A DNA stretch of 64,000 nt from Candidatus Methanoxibalbensis ujae (GTDB lineage: Archaea > Halobacteriota > Syntropharchaeia > Alkanophagales > Methanospirareceae), in assembly GCA_026134085.1 (NCBI GenBank), contig JAOQIN010000001.1, positions 21,344 to 85,343 of the forward strand, in the 5' to 3' direction. Both the position numbers and the translations under genes were made by a program. Shown here piece after piece: positions 58,730 through 64,000 of this stretch; the first letter of the stretch is position 1; every line of letters starts with the position of its first letter. Below the pieces are notes generated by a model. That model did no database searches. It was not told the origin of the DNA and saw only the letters and a program-made list of their open reading frames with translations.

Positions 58730-59971
58730 TCAAGCGAACATCACTCCACTTTCAAGTGATTTCGTGTATCTGCTCTGCTCACTTCTCATTATTTTTCGTA
58801 TTGCACGCTCAAAATCTTCCATTTCAACAGCATTTTTGCTCTGTTTAACAGCGAACATGCCCGCTTCTGTGCATATAGCTTTTATATCTGCGCCTGTTGC
58901 GCCCTCAGAGAGTGATGCGAGTTTTTTCAGATCAACATTTGGTGCAAGTTTCATTTTTGATGTGTGTATTCTGAATATCTCCTCACGACCTTCTGCGTCA
59001 GGCAGCGGTATGAATATGATTCTGTCAAATCTTCCGGGTCTGAGAAGGGCTGGATCAAGTATGTCAGGTCTGTTTGTTGCGCCGATGACTTTCACATCTC
59101 CTCTCGGGTCAAATCCGTCAATTTCGGCTAGGAGCTGCATCATTGTCCGCTGAACCTCCCTCTCACCTGATGTGCTGTCCTCATCCCTGCGAGCAGCGAT
59201 GGCATCTATCTCATCTATGAATACAATTGACGGTGCTTTCTCTCTTGCAAGCTCAAAAAGCTCACGGACGAGCCTTGCACCTTCTCCTATGTATTTCTGG
59301 ACGAGTTCAGAGCCTATCACTCGTATGAATGTCGCTGAGGTTCTGTTTGCAACAGCCTTTGCGAGCATAGTCTTTCCTGTGCCAGGCGGTCCCACAAGCA
59401 GCACTCCCCTGGGAGGTTCAACGCCGAGCTTTTCAAATCTCTCAGGATCGCTCAGCGGAAGCTCCACAACCTCACGAATCTCCTCTATCTGCTCCTTCAG
59501 ACCACCTATCATCCCATATGTGACATCAGGCGCCTCAATTACCTCCATGCCATACACAAACGGGTCCTTCTGCGATGGCAGCACTCCTATCACCGAGAGA
59601 GACTGCTGGTTCAGCGCCACCTGCACGCCGGGCTGAATGTCCCTTCTGTTGAGGAACTGCGAGTAATTCACCACAAAGCGAGGGCCAGTGCTGCTCTTCA
59701 CAATCGCTCTGCGGTCGTCAATAACCTCAACAATTGTCCCAACGATGAGCGGAGGAGCCCTCAGCCTCTCTATCTCAGAACGCAACTTCCTTATCTCACG
59801 TTCATATCTCAGTTTCAACTCCTCCTCACGACGCCTCTCACGCTCCAAACTTTCCAATCTCGTCTTCAATATAAGGTTTGCCTCTTCCAACTGCTTTATC
59901 TTGTCAAGCAAGTATTTTGCATAGTCCTCATCAAATGACGCGCTGCCACTACTGCTCACTTCTTTCATCAA
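58730..59971 (-). CDS. pan: Proteasome-activating nucleotidase
   Basis: Coiled coil + [35 protein letters not shown], HbYX-like MFA C-terminus. Confidence 0.96.
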   Translation of the reverse strand: MMKEVSSSGSASFDEDYAKYLLDKIKQLEEANLILKTRLESLERERRREEELKLRYEREIRKLRSEIERLRAPPLIVGTIVEVIDDRRAIVKSSTGPRFVVNYSQFLNRRDIQPGVQVALNQQSLSVIGVLPSQKDPFVYGMEVIEAPDVTYGMIGGLKEQIEEIREVVELPLSDPERFEKLGVEPPRGVLLVGPPGTGKTMLAKAVANRTSATFIRVIGSELVQKYIGEGARLVRELFELAREKAPSIVFIDEIDAIAARRDEDSTSGEREVQRTMMQLLAEIDGFDPRGDVKVIGATNRPDILDPALLRPGRFDRIIFIPLPDAEGREEIFRIHTSKMKLAPNVDLKKLASLSEGATGADIKAICTEAGMFAVKQSKNAVEMEDFERAIRKIMRSEQSRYTKSLESGVMFA

Positions 59972-60194
59972 ATTATGTTTTATACGATCATTATAAAAAA
60001 ATGCCTCATAAGTCTGTGCCGGGAGGTCTACCTTCTGCCGGACTTCCTCCGAAAGGGGGAGGAGACCTCATGCAATATTTAAATAGTTTTAATTTCAATC
60101 ATAAATAATATTTTGGAGATGCACGGGATGGTGTGAGAAGAGCATGAGGCTGCCTGCGGAAAGCAGCTGAACTCCCTGCGCGGGGGTAGTTCAT

Positions 60195-60620
60195 ATGGCT
60201 GTGTATTGTGAGATATGCGGCTCTGAGATAAAAAGGGAAATACACTTGATACGGGTGAACTCCTCAGAACTCAGAGTCTGCAAATCATGCGCAAAATACG
60301 GCGAGGTTAAAAAAGTTTTGGAGAAGAATCAGTTAGCTCATTCTGCAGCTCGTTCACCCGCCTCATCCCCACAGATATCGCCGTCAGATGATAAAAAAAC
60401 AACAAAAATATATGAGCAGATGTTGCAGGATCTCAATGAAGAGGAGGATGAGGATTTTGGCAGGCGAGTTAAAGAAGCACGCGAGCGGAAAGGATGGAAA
60501 CAGGAGGAACTTGCACAGAAGATACATGAGAAACAATCTATCATACGGAAAATAGAGACAGGAGATATCATTCCCACAAAAGAACTGCGTGAAAAATTGC
60601 AACGTGTCCTGAATATCTGA
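60195..60620 (+). CDS. mbf1: Archaeal multiprotein bridging factor aMBF1
   Basis: CEICG..VCKSC Zn ribbon + HTH (ARERKGWKQEELA..IRKIE). Confidence 0.93.
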   Translation: MAVYCEICGSEIKREIHLIRVNSSELRVCKSCAKYGEVKKVLEKNQLAHSAARSPASSPQISPSDDKKTTKIYEQMLQDLNEEEDEDFGRRVKEARERKGWKQEELAQKIHEKQSIIRKIETGDIIPTKELREKLQRVLNI

Positions 60621-60639
60621 TATGATGGAGGATTGCTCT

Positions 60640-60730
60640 TCACTCCTCTCTTTTCTCTCTTTTTTCTTCTTTTTTTCTTCTTCCCACTTTTTTCTTCCCT
60701 TTTTTTCCTTCCTCTCTTTTTTCCTTTTTA
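60640..60730 (+). terminator. Pyrimidine/T-rich tract after mbf1
   Basis: About 90 nt of T/C runs directly downstream of the stop codon. Confidence 0.5.
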
Positions 60731-60929
60731 AGAATATATTGCTGCCTATTGCTGCCGATTCCCGCCTTTTTAAATGGAGCATGTGAGTTTTGTGTGATAT
60801 GTGCATATCCAGAACGGATGAGAGGAGCCCTGAAAGCCTGTGTGGAGGAAGATCTACGCAGCAATGAGCTGTGGCAAGTCTCCTCAATGAGGAACATATG
60901 TCACTGTATGCCCCAGTGATGGGAGGAGG

Positions 60930-61450
60930 TCACAGTGGGGAGTGGGTGAACCACCCTGTGGCAGGGCTTCCTGATTCAGAGGGAAGTGACATTCTCCAAT
61001 CCCATCACCAATCGTTTCCGCCTCCCAGGACTTAAGGATCTGTTGTCTCATATGCCTATCTGACGGTGCCACCCGCCTCCAGTCTCAAAACAGAATTTCC
61101 AACTATCATAACGCCTTTCAAGGGCTTGAGTTCCCCGTTTTTCATACGTTCTGCGCCAAGTCACCTGATGTCGGAGATGCCGTGTGAGTATGACATCATT
61201 CACAAATATTCCATCTCTGACATCCCTCAACAATTCATCTTTTGTTGCGATTGTGTTGCTCTCAATGCATAAGGAGTGAGGTCGTATCCTCTGAATGCAT
61301 AAAGGTTCAGTATACCTTCCTCAACAAAACAGTGCGCTGTGAATGGACACTTTCTCCATCCTCCTGTGTTCAACAAAGGGCTGTGCCATTGTATTGTCGT
61401 TAAGATGCGACCTTTAAGATGAGACCTGTTCACCTATCGCGGAGAGCGAT
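60930..61450 (-). pseudogene. TldD/PmbA-family relic
   Basis: Fragments in shifting frames: EDGESVHSQRTVL/VEEGILN, ATKDELLRDVRDGIFV, MKNGEL/PLKGVMIVGN, ETIGDGIGEC..Q..GGSPTPH. Confidence 0.65.
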
Positions 61451-61821
61451 TTTTCTGCACACTCTCAGCGCTGAAACAAGCAGTGAGTGATATGATGTCG
61501 TGTTTAGTCAAGATTGCCATTTTTAAGCGGTTGTTTCCGTTGATGTATGTTCACAGTTAAGTGTATCGCAAATTTCGCGAATCCTTTATAGTTCCTTTCC
61601 CGCGACACTTCACAGCAAAGATAGGATGATAGGATAGCAGATGAACACCTCTCCCTCTGTATCGCCTCGCTTTCGCAAGAGAAAGCAGCGGAAAGTTAAT
61701 GGAGATTCAGATATGAAACTGAAAAACATATCAGATGCGGCTTATACGCATCAATTAAATTCATCATGGAGTGTGAAAAACGGCATCAAGTTTGTGATGA
61801 CGGTATAGCTGTGAATTGGCG

Positions 61822-63087
61822 TTATTGCATTGGAGACATCGCTTTTTCACGCCTCACGCGCTGCGTTTCTTTTTCAATCTCTGATGTCAGGAAATTTATA
61901 ATTTTATCGGCTGTCTCGTTTTCGGCTTCATTCTCAGCAAGTTTCTTAAGTGCGCTCACGAGGGGATGCAGTGTTTTGAACATGAGAGATCTTGAAAATG
62001 CATTCAGAACGCTTTCTGCATCCTTACCTCTCCTCAAATATGCGAGAGCCTCATTTATTTCTGCTTCTCCAACAGCTCTCCCGTGATTGTATATGGAGGA
62101 TATCAATCTTTCAACACGCTTCCGCTTCAAAATCTTCTCCAATATACGCAGTTCCTCCTCTATTATGCGCTCAACTTTGCTGACTTCGCCCAAGCGACGC
62201 CTGAGGTTCTCCTCACTTATCTCCCGCAGACAGTCTATATCAAAAAGCTTCACTCCCTCTATATCGGAAACACGTTCCTCAACATCTCTCGGATTTGCTA
62301 TGTCAATGATGAGAAGCTCACGGTTCCTCCGCTCAGCCATAACTTCCTTCACAGAATCGTATGTGAGTATGTAATGAGGCGCTGAAGTTGTGCTTATCAC
62401 GACATCACATACACGCAGATAATATTCCTTCTCCTCAAGCCGCGCTGCAAAGCCGCCAACTTCTCTCGCGAGCTGAATTGCCTTCTCAAATGTGCGGTTT
62501 GCGATGAACATGCCGCTCAGCTCCTTCTCCGCAAGCGCCTTCGCGACGAGTGTCCCCATCTCACCCGCTCCTATGACGAGAATGCTCTTTCCCTTCAAAC
62601 CTCCTGTCTCCCTCTCAGCGAGTTCAACAGCGGCAGAACCTATGGAAACAGAGCCCTCGTTTATCCTTGTCTCCCGTCTCACACGCTTGCCCACCTTGAC
62701 CGCACGGTCAAACACAATATCAAGAATCTCATCAATTGTCTTCGCTTTCTTGCAGTCAAAGTAGCTCTTCCTTATCTGACCCAAAATCTGGTCCTCGCCC
62801 ACAATCATGGACTCAAGCCCACATGAAACACGGAAAAGATGATTGATCGCATCAACGCCACATATGATATCTCCCTCTCCAAGATATCTCCTGAGATCCT
62901 CCAACACATCTGAGACATCTTCAGCAGACACATAGATTTCAACACGATTGCATGTGTTGATGAACACAAAACCGCTTACCCTTTTATCCTCGCTCAACAT
63001 TTCAGGTCTGAATCTCATGAAAATATCAGTCAAATCGTCAACCGTGCACCTCCTGTATGAGAAAGATAAGACGCCTATATCAGGCAT
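61822..63087 (-). CDS. hemA: Glutamyl-tRNA reductase
   Basis: TCNRVE, GLESMIVGEDQILGQ, GAGEMG, ANRT, DIANPRD. Confidence 0.96.
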   Translation of the reverse strand: MPDIGVLSFSYRRCTVDDLTDIFMRFRPEMLSEDKRVSGFVFINTCNRVEIYVSAEDVSDVLEDLRRYLGEGDIICGVDAINHLFRVSCGLESMIVGEDQILGQIRKSYFDCKKAKTIDEILDIVFDRAVKVGKRVRRETRINEGSVSIGSAAVELAERETGGLKGKSILVIGAGEMGTLVAKALAEKELSGMFIANRTFEKAIQLAREVGGFAARLEEKEYYLRVCDVVISTTSAPHYILTYDSVKEVMAERRNRELLIIDIANPRDVEERVSDIEGVKLFDIDCLREISEENLRRRLGEVSKVERIIEEELRILEKILKRKRVERLISSIYNHGRAVGEAEINEALAYLRRGKDAESVLNAFSRSLMFKTLHPLVSALKKLAENEAENETADKIINFLTSEIEKETQRVRREKAMSPMQ

Positions 63088-63222
63088 TACCTCATCACCT
63101 TCCCATTTTTTCATTTGAAAATATCCCGTTATAAATCCACATCATTTTTGCCGATATCAACATCTTATTTATATCAGCACAACTCATTCACTCCGTGCGC
63201 TGCACATCATACACAACCACAA

Positions 63223-63921
63223 TCACCGTTCACGGTTGTTCGGGCTTTTTCCTCTCTTTTTCTGCTGCGAGCATTTTTGCATCATTTCAATCATGCTATC
63301 AACGAAATTCGCGATACGCGCTTTTGAGGATTCAATGTCATCATCAAGTGCTTCCCAACACTCGGAGGAGTTAAGCACATTGTTCAAAATTTCCCTCCGC
63401 TGTTTGTGGTCATGCACGAAATTCCTCAAGTGCGCCCTGAGCCATGTCTGGATCCTGAGCATCTTCGCATCATCATCACATATTACAGATGCTATCCTGC
63501 GCTTCATGCGGCGAGCCATCGCTGGAGAGCTCCCTGATGTTGATATCGCAATTATGAAACCGTCCCTGCGGATGACAGAGGACATGAACATATCTCCCTT
63601 ATCTCCGTAATTCACAAGCGATGATGAGAATCTTGCAATTTCGTAAATGCGTTCGTTCAGCGCATCATCATCGGTGCATATAATGACAATAAACGCACCT
63701 TCAACAATCTTATCTATGTCAGCATGCCACAGGTCACATTTTATACATTCTATCTCCCCATTTCTGTATCTTTTCTTCAATTCATCTGCAAAATCAAGAC
63801 TATATACCTCAATATTCCTGCATCCAGATTCCAATATCTGCCGCACTTTGCGCTCTGCAACATTCCCCCCTCCAAATACCACAACCCTCTTCGCGGAAAT
63901 ATCCACAAACATGGGGAACAT
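63223..63921 (-). CDS. sirC: Precorrin-2 dehydrogenase (SirC/CysG N-terminal type)
   Basis: FPMFVD..VVVFGGGNVAERK, CTDD..N, IAISTSGSSPAMAR. Confidence 0.9.
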   Translation of the reverse strand: MFPMFVDISAKRVVVFGGGNVAERKVRQILESGCRNIEVYSLDFADELKKRYRNGEIECIKCDLWHADIDKIVEGAFIVIICTDDDALNERIYEIARFSSSLVNYGDKGDMFMSSVIRRDGFIIAISTSGSSPAMARRMKRRIASVICDDDAKMLRIQTWLRAHLRNFVHDHKQRREILNNVLNSSECWEALDDDIESSKARIANFVDSMIEMMQKCSQQKKRGKSPNNRER

Positions 63922-64000
63922 TTCATATATATTCGCCGGTAAAGTTAAAAATCTTTCCGCTGATGATTCCTGCCTGAACATTAAAAGCTGTTGAATCAGA

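Overview
Archaeal chromosomal segment from a methanogen/ANME-like euryarchaeote (aglB, tiaS, pan, aMBF1, eS1, mfnF, FrhB- and FwdA-family genes, intron-containing tRNA-Gly); ANME-1/Syntropharchaeia affinity is a guess. Most of the window is housekeeping: translation and tRNA modification, tetrapyrrole/cobalamin/thiamine/methanofuran synthesis, Fe-S assembly and cell-surface glycosylation. The standout is a visibly AT-rich island at ~38.1-44.6 kb that reads as an integron-type gene cassette array with no integrase in the window. It has four 76-83 bp attC-like palindromes (AAC...GTT cores) plus degenerate ones, and each cassette's start is complementary to its own end, which is the footprint expected from attC recombination. 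The cassettes carry an intact TIR-like/helical-repeat protein plus HAD hydrolase pair, a 2-TM ion-channel-like protein with a non-canonical filter, HicBA, a collapsed restriction/helicase locus and decaying MNT-HEPN modules. Other oddities: an AglB with an inserted tandem Ca-binding-like repeat, an orphan NifB, an orphan divergent FwdA, an FrhB-glutamate synthase pair, an archaeosortase/dockerin cluster, an unannotated rps14, IS1595-like and TldD-like relics, and pervasive 9-19 bp tandem duplications. All calls come from motif reading by eye; no searches were run.
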